The notes under the pieces were generated by a model that searched no databases, was not told where the DNA came from, and saw nothing but the letters and a program-made list of their open reading frames with translations. A program made the translations under genes and the position numbers. Shown here piece after piece: positions 37,659-46,252 of a stretch of 64,000 bases of DNA. The DNA is from a virus. Its lineage: Duplodnaviria > Heunggongvirae > Uroviricota > Caudoviricetes. The stretch covers positions 41,842-105,841 of IMG/VR virus record IMGVR_UViG_3300033156_001223; one strand, given 5' to 3'. Position 1 is the stretch's first letter, and each line of letters begins with the position of its first letter.

Positions 37659-37718
37659 TTTATCCTCCTCTCTGGAATATTTAATAATTAAAAAGGGAGG
37701 GTGGCTGCCGAGCCATTT

Positions 37719-38075
37719 TTATGTTTTGGCAAAAGCTCGGCAGCCGATTATCTTTCCTTCCTCATCACGGACTGTTTCATCCACGATGAGGAAGTCTTCT
37801 CGCGGTAATCGTGCTGCAACTACCGCGGATACAATGAAATATATTCCCTCAGAGGGGGGAGGCAATTCTATTCCCTCTGGGGAATACTTGACCCTGTTGA
37901 TGGGGAGCCCTGGGGCGAGCTCTCCGATTTTTTCACGATGTTCCCGCAGCCGCAGTGGTTCTATAGCTGCGGGAATGGTAATCTCCCCCCCTCCATCAGG
38001 GTGGAGATTCACAGGATGCGGAGTAGTATTATACAATACCACCCCATTTATCACCACTTTTCCGAATTTTTCCAT
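37719..38075 (-). CDS. hypothetical protein (118 aa)
   Basis: ORF; 11-bp-stem hairpin overlaps its 3' end. Confidence 0.4.
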   Translation of the reverse strand: MEKFGKVVINGVVLYNTTPHPVNLHPDGGGEITIPAAIEPLRLREHREKIGELAPGLPINRVKYSPEGIELPPPSEGIYFIVSAVVAARLPREDFLIVDETVRDEEGKIIGCRAFAKT

Positions 38076-38094
38076 TTTCCTCCCTCCTTATTCA

Positions 38095-38280
38095 TCATTC
38101 ATCTCCAAGCTCCTCGATCAATTGATCGAGGTAGCTTTTTCTTGGTGGTATAAATTCCACTACATATGGGGGATTTTTTCTTTTACCCTCCTGCCATTCC
38201 AGTTCAGCCTCAGCCAGATGGCCGAGGCCGTAAAATTCCAGTTCATCCCTGATCCTCTCAAGCTTTTCCTTTCTTCGCAT
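38095..38280 (-). CDS. small protein (61 aa)
   Basis: SD AGAGGAGG upstream; conserved 20-nt motif just upstream. Confidence 0.4.
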   Translation of the reverse strand: MRRKEKLERIRDELEFYGLGHLAEAELEWQEGKRKNPPYVVEFIPPRKSYLDQLIEELGDE

Positions 38281-38335
38281 TCTGCACCTCCTCTCTTTAC
38301 CCTCCCTATTAGTTATAACAAATATATTTATATAT

Positions 38336-38776
38336 TTATAATTTATTAATAAGAAAAAATCTTGTGATTAGTCCTTGATCATCTAACTCTGCAACAATTC
38401 TCACATTCTTACTGGTAGTAAATACATGATTAATAATATCTAATGCAGTTATTTCTTCCTGATGCCCATTATCCCGAAATAACAACCCTCTCAAAGAATC
38501 ATTACATCTTACTGGTTTGATCAACGCTTTACTAACTGCTTCTCGATCCTTCACCAACATATTTTCAAGACCATATACTACATCCTCTACAGTAACTTCT
38601 TGATAATAACCAAGTTCTATTAAATCATCTACATAGAGTTCCGCCCCACAACTTACACACTTAGCTGAAAACTCTCCAGCTCCAGCATCACGCCAACGAA
38701 CTCCATCAAATCTCTTCATACCAATATCTGTAAAAGAAATATACTCTATCTTTTCGTGACAGTAAGGACACTTCAT
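38336..38776 (-). CDS. zinc-ribbon protein (146 aa)
   Basis: CPYCHEK...CVSCG; AGGAGG SD. Confidence 0.4.
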   Translation of the reverse strand: MKCPYCHEKIEYISFTDIGMKRFDGVRWRDAGAGEFSAKCVSCGAELYVDDLIELGYYQEVTVEDVVYGLENMLVKDREAVSKALIKPVRCNDSLRGLLFRDNGHQEEITALDIINHVFTTSKNVRIVAELDDQGLITRFFLINKL

Positions 38777-38821
38777 CTTCTCCTCCTTAGTTTGGTTCTA
38801 GACCTATGAAGTTATAACATA

Positions 38822-40894
38822 TTATGCTGCTACTCTTTCTAGCTCTTGTTGAGTAGGAAACTCAATATGTTGCAACAGAATCTCTACGTCTGGAATGTCA
38901 GGAATTCTCATTCCTGTTGCCAGGGCGGGTATTGGATTGGGACCAGTAGGCCAACTAGCTCCTCCTTTAGCAGCAGTATCAATGATGGTAGTTTTTAATT
39001 TCTCAAAATTGAGTCTCGCTAGAATATCCTCTATCGTATCCAATGGAAGAGTATTCACCCCTCTTAGCACTGGCTCATACTTAACTGGATCTGGTTTAAC
39101 CTCGATAACCGGAAATTTCTGAATCTTTTCAAACACTTTTTCATCAATTAAAGTGCCTGCCGATACCCCACCAATCGATTTTGCTAGTCTCATACCAATT
39201 GCTAGTTTAGGGGGTAGAGATATCTTTTTACTTACTTTTTTATTGAAATGTTCTAAGTAGCTAATCGGAGCATAATCTCCCTCTACATAATAAGGATGAC
39301 TACCCCGGTCTATTACTTTGGCAGTATTAGTTAATGCCTTAACTAGCACTTCTAAGTTCTTCCTCGACACTGTAGCTTCTTCGCTCAGAGTTTTGTCCAG
39401 CTCCTCTACTAATTTGTCTTGGGTATCTTCGATTCCCCTCAATTTGAGAAATTTAATGGGATTAAAAATACCAGAAGAAATAGCATCTCCTCGAGTAACA
39501 CTTTGTCCTCTTTTTACTATTACCTCTCTATCTGCAGGTACCCAGTGCTCTCTCTTATTGATGATAACTCTATGACCTCCCAACTCTGGATCCGGAATAA
39601 CGGCTTCTACTCTTCCGTGAACTTCAGCTAAAATAACCTCATTAGGAATATTCTCTGGGAATTCCAGGAGAACTGATAGCTTTTTGAATGGGCCGATATC
39701 CCCAGTACCGACGTGCCATCTATTAAGAGCTAATTGAGTAGTAGGTTCTCCTACTGCATGAGCCGCTTTCACTCCTACAAAATCTCCTTTCGGATGATCC
39801 TGTCCGGTCACATCTCTACCGAGGCATTTCTGACATACTCCGTGAACTGCCTCACATCTAAGAGGACTCCTTACCACTAACTCTCTTATATATTTGCGTG
39901 CATAACTGAGCAGTTCTGGAGTAACCAAAGTATTATGAGCAAATTTCTTGCCACCAATTTTTTGGCTCCCAGCCAGGTATCTACCAACAATGTTGGGGTC
40001 ATCCACTGACATCTTAATGCCACGAGTAGTACCACAGTCTGTTTCGGTTACTCTTAGATCAAGAACTGAATTCATAACTAATTTAGTTAACCTTCCCGGT
40101 TCACTAACCTCTTTAACCTTTGCTAAAGCTCCGGCACGAGAACCATACATACTAGTTAAATATTCCGGAATATCTAGCCCCTGAGCATACCCTTCTATGA
40201 TTGGAAATTCTATATAATCCCCCTGTAAGTCCTGAACCGCATTACCGAGTAGCATTTGCCTTAAGTGAGATGTTCCTCCACGTGAGCCCGATTCAACCAT
40301 AAGCCTGAAAGCATTGTTCTCTGGAAGCTTTTCTACTAGCTTATTTAATTTATTCAACATATTCTTCATAATTTTATTAGTTTGCTGTTTGGTCTCAGCC
40401 TTCCTCAAAGCATTCATTGCCTCAAACACAATTTTATCTCTTTGTTTTTGAATATTTTTTGGAACAGATAAATCATCAAGACCAAAACTGAAACCAGAGA
40501 AATAAGCTGCATTAAGCCCCACTTCTTTGAGTTTATCTAACAACACTGAATAATCTTTTGGTCTTTCCTTGGCTATCTTTGCTAGGTAATTTCTAAGTAC
40601 TTTTGCGGTTATTGGCTTAGTAAAAAGATGTTTGTCTGGGAGAAAAGATTGGATGAAAAGCCTCCCTGGAGTTGTAGTAGTCCTCCCTACTTTAACAACA
40701 TCATCTACATTGAGCTTTCCACTTTCCCAAGCCTTTAATACTTCACTAACAGATTTAAATTGTTTATTAGTTTTCTTTCCTTCTTTGGTAAGTAAATATA
40801 GTCCTAACACAATATCTTGGCGTGGTGCCCACATTACTTTGGATGTAGAAACGGACCATAGTATCCCAAACAATAACTCCATTTTTAAGAACAA
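38822..40894 (-). CDS. rpoC: RNA polymerase beta' subunit, C-terminal portion (continuation of the rpoBC fusion in another frame)
   Basis: APRQDIVLGLYLLT matches bacterial beta' PSQDVVLGLYYMT; PGRLFIQSFLP and YFSGFSFGLDDLSVP match downstream beta' blocks. Frame is open only from 40915 after TGA at 40916-40918; the listed TTG start is an artefact. Confidence 0.8.
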   Translation of the reverse strand: MFLKMELLFGILWSVSTSKVMWAPRQDIVLGLYLLTKEGKKTNKQFKSVSEVLKAWESGKLNVDDVVKVGRTTTTPGRLFIQSFLPDKHLFTKPITAKVLRNYLAKIAKERPKDYSVLLDKLKEVGLNAAYFSGFSFGLDDLSVPKNIQKQRDKIVFEAMNALRKAETKQQTNKIMKNMLNKLNKLVEKLPENNAFRLMVESGSRGGTSHLRQMLLGNAVQDLQGDYIEFPIIEGYAQGLDIPEYLTSMYGSRAGALAKVKEVSEPGRLTKLVMNSVLDLRVTETDCGTTRGIKMSVDDPNIVGRYLAGSQKIGGKKFAHNTLVTPELLSYARKYIRELVVRSPLRCEAVHGVCQKCLGRDVTGQDHPKGDFVGVKAAHAVGEPTTQLALNRWHVGTGDIGPFKKLSVLLEFPENIPNEVILAEVHGRVEAVIPDPELGGHRVIINKREHWVPADREVIVKRGQSVTRGDAISSGIFNPIKFLKLRGIEDTQDKLVEELDKTLSEEATVSRKNLEVLVKALTNTAKVIDRGSHPYYVEGDYAPISYLEHFNKKVSKKISLPPKLAIGMRLAKSIGGVSAGTLIDEKVFEKIQKFPVIEVKPDPVKYEPVLRGVNTLPLDTIEDILARLNFEKLKTTIIDTAAKGGASWPTGPNPIPALATGMRIPDIPDVEILLQHIEFPTQQELERVAA

Positions 40895-43800
40895 AAGTAG
40901 GAGCCTGGGGGATGGTCAAATCATAGACTGTCTTTCTCCCAATCGGTTTTACCGAAATAACCCGCTTCCAGGAAATCATATCATTCTCTATTAACTCTTT
41001 CCATCTCTGGTATAGAGGGTCATCACTATTTATTTTTTCAATAATTCCCATAGCAAAGTCTCTAGACATCCTATTACTACTATATCGTGGGTAAACAATG
41101 GATCTCAACTTCTTTGGTAATGGAATAATATCTCTTTTAGTAAATTTAGTAGGTAACTCTTTTAATCTCTTTTGTTTGTGATTATGCAAATAAATTTGAT
41201 CTTTCTTAGTCATAATATCTACTGAATTCAAATATGCTCTGTAATAATTTCTTTGCTGCCCTTTATAAGTATATTTGCTATTACTAATTACTGATCTGAC
41301 TCCCAAACTCATTGCTAACATCGATATCTCATAGGCCAGTCTTTCGCTAGTAGTAGAAATATATACCTCTTTACCCTTTTTAGAAATGGTGCCATCTCCT
41401 GCAAGAAGCCCAGAAAGAAGCCCCAATCTAAATTCATATGGAGTAGATAGAAAAAACGTGGGGAGATGCTTGTTGTTAGCTCCTTCTCCAAATAGCACTG
41501 GGAATTCTCCAGCTAGTTTGGTTGAATAGATACGCACAAAATCACTTCTACCTGTTGGGAATTTCCGTATTACTGCTCCTCCTGTTTTATTTAGTTTTTC
41601 CCTACAAATCTTCAGTAAGTATTCTTTCATTTCATCACTAATTGTAGAAATCCTTATTTGGGTATTCCCCTTTTTCCACCCCGTGCAACATCCTTCAGCA
41701 CAATACATTCCAAAAAGAAAACCAAGATCATAATCTAAATCAACCTCTTTTCCATCCATTTCAATTTTCGTAATTTTTTCCTCAGCGGGAATATTTCTTA
41801 ATACTGGTAAATACATACCAACAGATTCTTTAGGAGTTACTCTCTTTAGTTCCAATGTCTCTGGATCAAGACAAAGCAAAGAATGGTCGTTCGAGACTAT
41901 CAAAGTCTTTCCTGATTCAGCAACAACTTCATAACAAGGAACATTTTTATGAACTGAGTAGCTGTAAGGATTTACCCATTTAAGCTCCAAAGCCTTTGGA
42001 TCCATAGCAAGTACTTTAAGATTTTCCTTTACTCTAAATTCTTTAATCTTCCCAGTATCCTTAACTTTTTCATCCTTCGGGAAGTCCTTCAAGTCAGTGA
42101 GATGCACCTCATCGTCATTAAGATAGAATATTTCACCCAATACACTATCACCATCAAAATCAGCATTGAATCCAGCTGTTACTAATGGGTGAATGTGGAT
42201 TACTTTATCTCGAACTATTCTAGGATAGAAAGCCATCACTCCATATTTATGGAGTACCGGATCCCTTTTTAAATAGACTGGTCTATTAGCCATCTCCCTC
42301 TCAAGTGCCCTTCTAGCTGCTTCCTCCTTATTCTCAACTACTAATCTAGCCCTAGCCGGACTATATCCAGCTTCCACCAATTTTCTCACTACAATTGGTT
42401 CAAAGATTTTCCAGGCCATGTCCTCTGGTATACCAACTTCATCTAAATGGAGTGATGGATCAGGGACAATCACACCTCGAGAAGAAAGATCTTGTCTTCT
42501 TTTGAGTAGAGCACTTTGAAAGTAACCAAGTTTTGGGCTTGGTCCAATAATAATATCCATCACAGACTTAAGCTTACGATTTATGCCGACCTCGAGTCCA
42601 TCAAGCTCCAAAGCTTTAACCGCATCATACAATTTAGCATATACTTTCCCATACTCCGCTTCAGGAAACTCTTTTCTAGCTATAGGTATCTGATTGTTGA
42701 CCATAGCAATATTTCTATATAAACCATTAATATCATGGACAGATATTCCCCCTTGTTTAAGCTGAACTAGAGGTCTGAAGAAAGAAGGAATGACAACTAT
42801 GTTTTTTCTAAGAAATATTTCTTCTGGTTTCTTATTTAATTTAATTATATTCCTCAAAATCTTAATTTTTCTGGCTAATACTGATTTTCTCTGGTCGTTA
42901 GCAGTTTTAATTTCCTGGGTGGCCTTAGCCAACTCTTTCTTTGGATCCAGTCTTCGTAAAAGCATTCTGAAAGCATCCCCAAATTTGTATTTACCATCTG
43001 GAGTAATTTTTCCAGTACTATCTACTCCGAGTTTCCCAGAAACTATATCTTTAAAAGTAGCAGAATTTATCTCCAATAGAATGCATAATGCTCGTTCAAA
43101 TATAGGATTTGGAACTACCTCATTAAGAGGAATGTGGTTATATTTAGTGCCGAAGAACCCTCCAGTAAGTCTTGGGTCAAATAATCCCCCCTCCTCAGCT
43201 ACTGGGTTTCCTTTTTTCATTCTGATAATTTTAGTTGCATCTATTTCCCCATTCGAGAGCTTAAGAATATCTTCATCAAATAGAGGAACAAATTGGAGAA
43301 CGTTTCCGAGCTTCTCTACATTAATCCCCAAGGCCCGAAGGTAAGATTCAAATTTCTGGTAAGTTAGAGGAGTTTTAGGTCTGGGTATTGGTAGGCCTGA
43401 TTGGAAAGCATACCAGAAATCTGGATTATAGTCACTTTTGTAGGTTTGTGCTTCATAAAGGTTTGCTTTTGCTCCGTGAGCCAACATTGCATATAAACCA
43501 AGATGCCCCAATGACTGAGCACCACCTTCAGATGATCCAAGAGGCAACGCATCATAACTATACTTTTCTCCTGCCCCGGCTCCTCGGGCATGTAGTTTAG
43601 GTTCCGCCCGATGTTTTAATTTCATAATATATTGTGGTCCTATGAAGACATCCGGTATGGGTTTTCCAGTCTTCGGATCAACCAAATCTTCTTTATCTGG
43701 AATTTTCAATCTCTTCAATTCATCCCTGATTTTGGAATAATAGTTCCCCATAAAATTTTCTACTGGGTAAGGCTTTCCGGTCTTCTCTGCTATTTTTCCA

Positions 43801-46214
43801 GCTAAAGTTTCCAACACCTGCCCCATATTCATACGAGAAATTACTCCAAGAGGATTCAAAACCACATCTATGATTTTACCATCCTTAGTTCTAGGCATTT
43901 CCGAATCAGGAATGATTGCTCCAATTACTCCTTTGTTTCCGTGCCTATTAGCCAGTTTATCTCCAACTTGTGCCGGCTCGGTGGTACGAATATAAACCTT
44001 AACGAATTTTGGTCTTTTGACTACCTTAACGACCTTACCGGGTGAGGAACGATTCCAAGTTATAGATCTATCTCTTTCAGGTATAGCTAGTTTTTTAGAA
44101 AACTTGGCAAGCAAGAATTGATCAGGAGTGGGCAGTTCTTTGTGGATTACCAAGATAATTGGGTCTCCTTCTTCGACCATCTGCCCAACCTTAACTACTC
44201 CGTCATCATCTAATTTATTAAGCTGATCTTTAGTAAATAGAGTAGAGGGGAATAGAGAAATATATCTCTTTTTATTTAAAGTAGTATCCTTGTCGACATA
44301 TTGGGAAAATTCATATAAATGCTCACTAGTAAGTTTCTTAGCAGCAGACTCCGAAATAACAATAGCATCATCAATATTATGTCCTTTGAAAGGCATATAA
44401 GCTACTAGGAGATTCTTACCAAAGGCAAATCTTCCTTCTTTAGTGTAATTAGTATCAAACAACAAATCCCCTTTTTTTACTTTCTGTCCTTCTTTAACCA
44501 GTGGTTCACTATCCAAAAAACCATCTTGTAAAGGATAATCCTTTGGCATAGATATCTTGTGAGTCTTTCCGGACTTATCTTTAACGTAAATATACTCAGA
44601 AGTAACCTTTGAAACGGTTCCATTAACCGGCGATTTATTGAAGAAGATGCCCATACTATCCAGTAGCTCCTCAGAGATTGGTGTTCCATTTATGACTGGG
44701 AAAACTAATGGATATTCTCTCTCTTTCAAAGGCAATGCCTGCTCCAATTGTTTTACTGCCATAAGGACTCTATTTCCGGAATCATAGTTGAGAAATGGCA
44801 CTAATGAAGTTAGGTGACTAAAAAAATCTAGTGGGTGTAGAGTAAAATAATCTATCTTGTCTTTATTCACAAAACCAAATTTCCCTTTACGTAAAGCCAT
44901 CCACCTATTACCCTTTACTGGTTTGATACCGATTACTGAGTTATATACTTGTTCTGGAGTAAGAAATTCTCTTCTTCCTCTTTTATCTTTTAAAATAACT
45001 ACTGGTTTTCCATCTTTATTAAATCCAGAAACTGCTGATGCCAAGTGAAGAGTTGTTCCAATCTTAATATTGTCTGGAGTATGCACCGGATCTAAAAAAA
45101 GAAAAGTACTGGGATTAATCATTCTCTGCTTATCTGTAACCCGGTGGATGTCTCCGATTCCACCCTCCCCCATAATAGTAACTTTGTTGACTGCACTCAT
45201 AGCAGAGATTGGTCCAGTAAAAGATTCAACATTAGATATTTGGCTGTTTGTAAAGAATGAGCGAACGGCAGGGGTAAAAAAACTACTTAAGCCTAAATCA
45301 GCTATTTTTTTGCGCTTGTCAACCGTATTCTTTAATCTATTCTTCAAAATTACCATTTTTCTTAATCTTTCTCCAAGAATCTCCGATGGGGTCACTATTT
45401 GCTTAAATAAGAGTGAATCTCTATCATCCTCCTTTCCTCCTCGAAGTATTTCAATTAATCTCTCAAGAGACCTAATTAAAGTATCAACGTCCACTTTCTC
45501 GTATTTCTTTCCTAAAGTAGCTTCTGTAACTTCCGGAGTAAGGGTAGTAGAATCCAATAGTTTCTTAAACTCTTCAGCTGGGTTGGGGGGTGCTTTCTCG
45601 TATCCCAAAGCCCTAAATAACTTATTGTAATTTAATGTTTTTTTGTAATTAATAGCATAAATCTTATCTCCAACAATATTCCTTAACTTTTCCTCTCCTA
45701 CTCCCAAGGATAATAGCAACGGGATTAGGGGGATGTGGACAGTGCCATACTCGAGTAGAATAGTAAAGTCTTTTGGATTAAGAATTAGCTTAATACCTCT
45801 TCCTTTTAGATTGATTTGATTAAAATTTGCTTGGATGGTATTATCTGCCTTCTTTTCATGATACACACCTGGCAACAATCTCATCTGAGTAGGAATATGA
45901 TATTCAGAACCACCAACTAAAAAAGTAAAGCGAGGGGTTAAGATTGGGATTCTTCCAATCAACACTCTTTTCTGATCCAAAACCTTACCATCTTTCGTCT
46001 TTAATACTGCTGTAGCATAAACAGGGATGTCCCAAGTTCTATCCTGCCATCGGTATTCTCGTTGGATATTGTAGTCGTGGAGATCTTTGTCAAACTTTGC
46101 CTCTAAATCTTTTATCTCCAAACGATGATTCTTCCCCTCAACAGGGAAAAAATCCTTGATTGATTCTAAGACGGAACTGACATACTTACGGATACTGGCT
46201 TCAAACTGAGTCAT
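40767..46214 (-). CDS. rpoBC: RNA polymerase beta-beta' fusion (rpoB fused to the N-terminal part of rpoC), carrying an intein after NADFDGD
   Basis: 1815 aa; beta motif NRHGNKGVIGAIIPDSEMP...DVVLNPLGVISRMNMGQVLETLAG; beta' N-terminal GGLFDPRL; catalytic NADFDGD at 42147-42167; Hint/LAGLIDADG region follows. Confidence 0.85.
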   Translation of the reverse strand: MTQFEASIRKYVSSVLESIKDFFPVEGKNHRLEIKDLEAKFDKDLHDYNIQREYRWQDRTWDIPVYATAVLKTKDGKVLDQKRVLIGRIPILTPRFTFLVGGSEYHIPTQMRLLPGVYHEKKADNTIQANFNQINLKGRGIKLILNPKDFTILLEYGTVHIPLIPLLLSLGVGEEKLRNIVGDKIYAINYKKTLNYNKLFRALGYEKAPPNPAEEFKKLLDSTTLTPEVTEATLGKKYEKVDVDTLIRSLERLIEILRGGKEDDRDSLLFKQIVTPSEILGERLRKMVILKNRLKNTVDKRKKIADLGLSSFFTPAVRSFFTNSQISNVESFTGPISAMSAVNKVTIMGEGGIGDIHRVTDKQRMINPSTFLFLDPVHTPDNIKIGTTLHLASAVSGFNKDGKPVVILKDKRGRREFLTPEQVYNSVIGIKPVKGNRWMALRKGKFGFVNKDKIDYFTLHPLDFFSHLTSLVPFLNYDSGNRVLMAVKQLEQALPLKEREYPLVFPVINGTPISEELLDSMGIFFNKSPVNGTVSKVTSEYIYVKDKSGKTHKISMPKDYPLQDGFLDSEPLVKEGQKVKKGDLLFDTNYTKEGRFAFGKNLLVAYMPFKGHNIDDAIVISESAAKKLTSEHLYEFSQYVDKDTTLNKKRYISLFPSTLFTKDQLNKLDDDGVVKVGQMVEEGDPIILVIHKELPTPDQFLLAKFSKKLAIPERDRSITWNRSSPGKVVKVVKRPKFVKVYIRTTEPAQVGDKLANRHGNKGVIGAIIPDSEMPRTKDGKIIDVVLNPLGVISRMNMGQVLETLAGKIAEKTGKPYPVENFMGNYYSKIRDELKRLKIPDKEDLVDPKTGKPIPDVFIGPQYIMKLKHRAEPKLHARGAGAGEKYSYDALPLGSSEGGAQSLGHLGLYAMLAHGAKANLYEAQTYKSDYNPDFWYAFQSGLPIPRPKTPLTYQKFESYLRALGINVEKLGNVLQFVPLFDEDILKLSNGEIDATKIIRMKKGNPVAEEGGLFDPRLTGGFFGTKYNHIPLNEVVPNPIFERALCILLEINSATFKDIVSGKLGVDSTGKITPDGKYKFGDAFRMLLRRLDPKKELAKATQEIKTANDQRKSVLARKIKILRNIIKLNKKPEEIFLRKNIVVIPSFFRPLVQLKQGGISVHDINGLYRNIAMVNNQIPIARKEFPEAEYGKVYAKLYDAVKALELDGLEVGINRKLKSVMDIIIGPSPKLGYFQSALLKRRQDLSSRGVIVPDPSLHLDEVGIPEDMAWKIFEPIVVRKLVEAGYSPARARLVVENKEEAARRALEREMANRPVYLKRDPVLHKYGVMAFYPRIVRDKVIHIHPLVTAGFNADFDGDSVLGEIFYLNDDEVHLTDLKDFPKDEKVKDTGKIKEFRVKENLKVLAMDPKALELKWVNPYSYSVHKNVPCYEVVAESGKTLIVSNDHSLLCLDPETLELKRVTPKESVGMYLPVLRNIPAEEKITKIEMDGKEVDLDYDLGFLFGMYCAEGCCTGWKKGNTQIRISTISDEMKEYLLKICREKLNKTGGAVIRKFPTGRSDFVRIYSTKLAGEFPVLFGEGANNKHLPTFFLSTPYEFRLGLLSGLLAGDGTISKKGKEVYISTTSERLAYEISMLAMSLGVRSVISNSKYTYKGQQRNYYRAYLNSVDIMTKKDQIYLHNHKQKRLKELPTKFTKRDIIPLPKKLRSIVYPRYSSNRMSRDFAMGIIEKINSDDPLYQRWKELIENDMISWKRVISVKPIGRKTVYDLTIPQAPTFVLKNGVIVWDTMVRFYIQSNVGTTPRYCVRTIFTYQRRKEN
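40863..42146 (-). other. intein (Hint domain with double-motif LAGLIDADG homing endonuclease), 428 aa
   Basis: Starts with Ser directly after DFDGD (SVLGEIFYL); block B ESGKTLIVSNDHSLLC; LAGLIDADG motifs LFGMYCAEG and LLAGDGT; block F/G VYDLTIPQAPTFVLKNGVIVWD then +1 Thr. Confidence 0.7.
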
Positions 46215-46222
46215 TGTAAGTT

Positions 46223-46228
46223 ATTATA
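46223..46228 (-). promoter_or_regulatory. TATAAT -10 box 8 nt upstream of the rpoBC ATG (possible leaderless start)
   Basis: Minus strand ...tttgcTATAATaacttacaATG; no SD between. Confidence 0.3.
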
Positions 46229-46252
46229 GCAAAGGTTTCATTTCTAAGCATC

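Noticed and set aside
37698-37740. 11-bp-stem hairpin (GGCTGCCGAGC...GCTCGGCAGCC) with 21-nt loop as a structured RNA
   Set aside because: It overlaps the 3' end of ORF 37719..38075 and is followed by a T-run on the minus strand. A large-loop intrinsic terminator is the simplest explanation.
40894-40916. Independent TTG start for the beta' continuation (ORF track starts it at 40894 with M)
   Set aside because: The M is an artefact of alternative-start calling (TTG). The frame is open right after the TGA at 40916-40918 and conservation begins immediately. No SD is present. It is treated as a continuation or frame break rather than a separate initiation, though a real split cannot be excluded.
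42516-45630. Plus-strand ORFs inside rpoBC (42516..42722, 42790..43344, 43388..43600, 44857..45048, 45070..45630)
   Set aside because: They are antisense to a strongly supported long coding region. They show low-complexity Ser/Leu/Phe composition typical of antisense frames of AT-rich genes. The same reasoning applies to antisense ORFs inside nrdJ, the DNA polymerase, capsid and other long genes.
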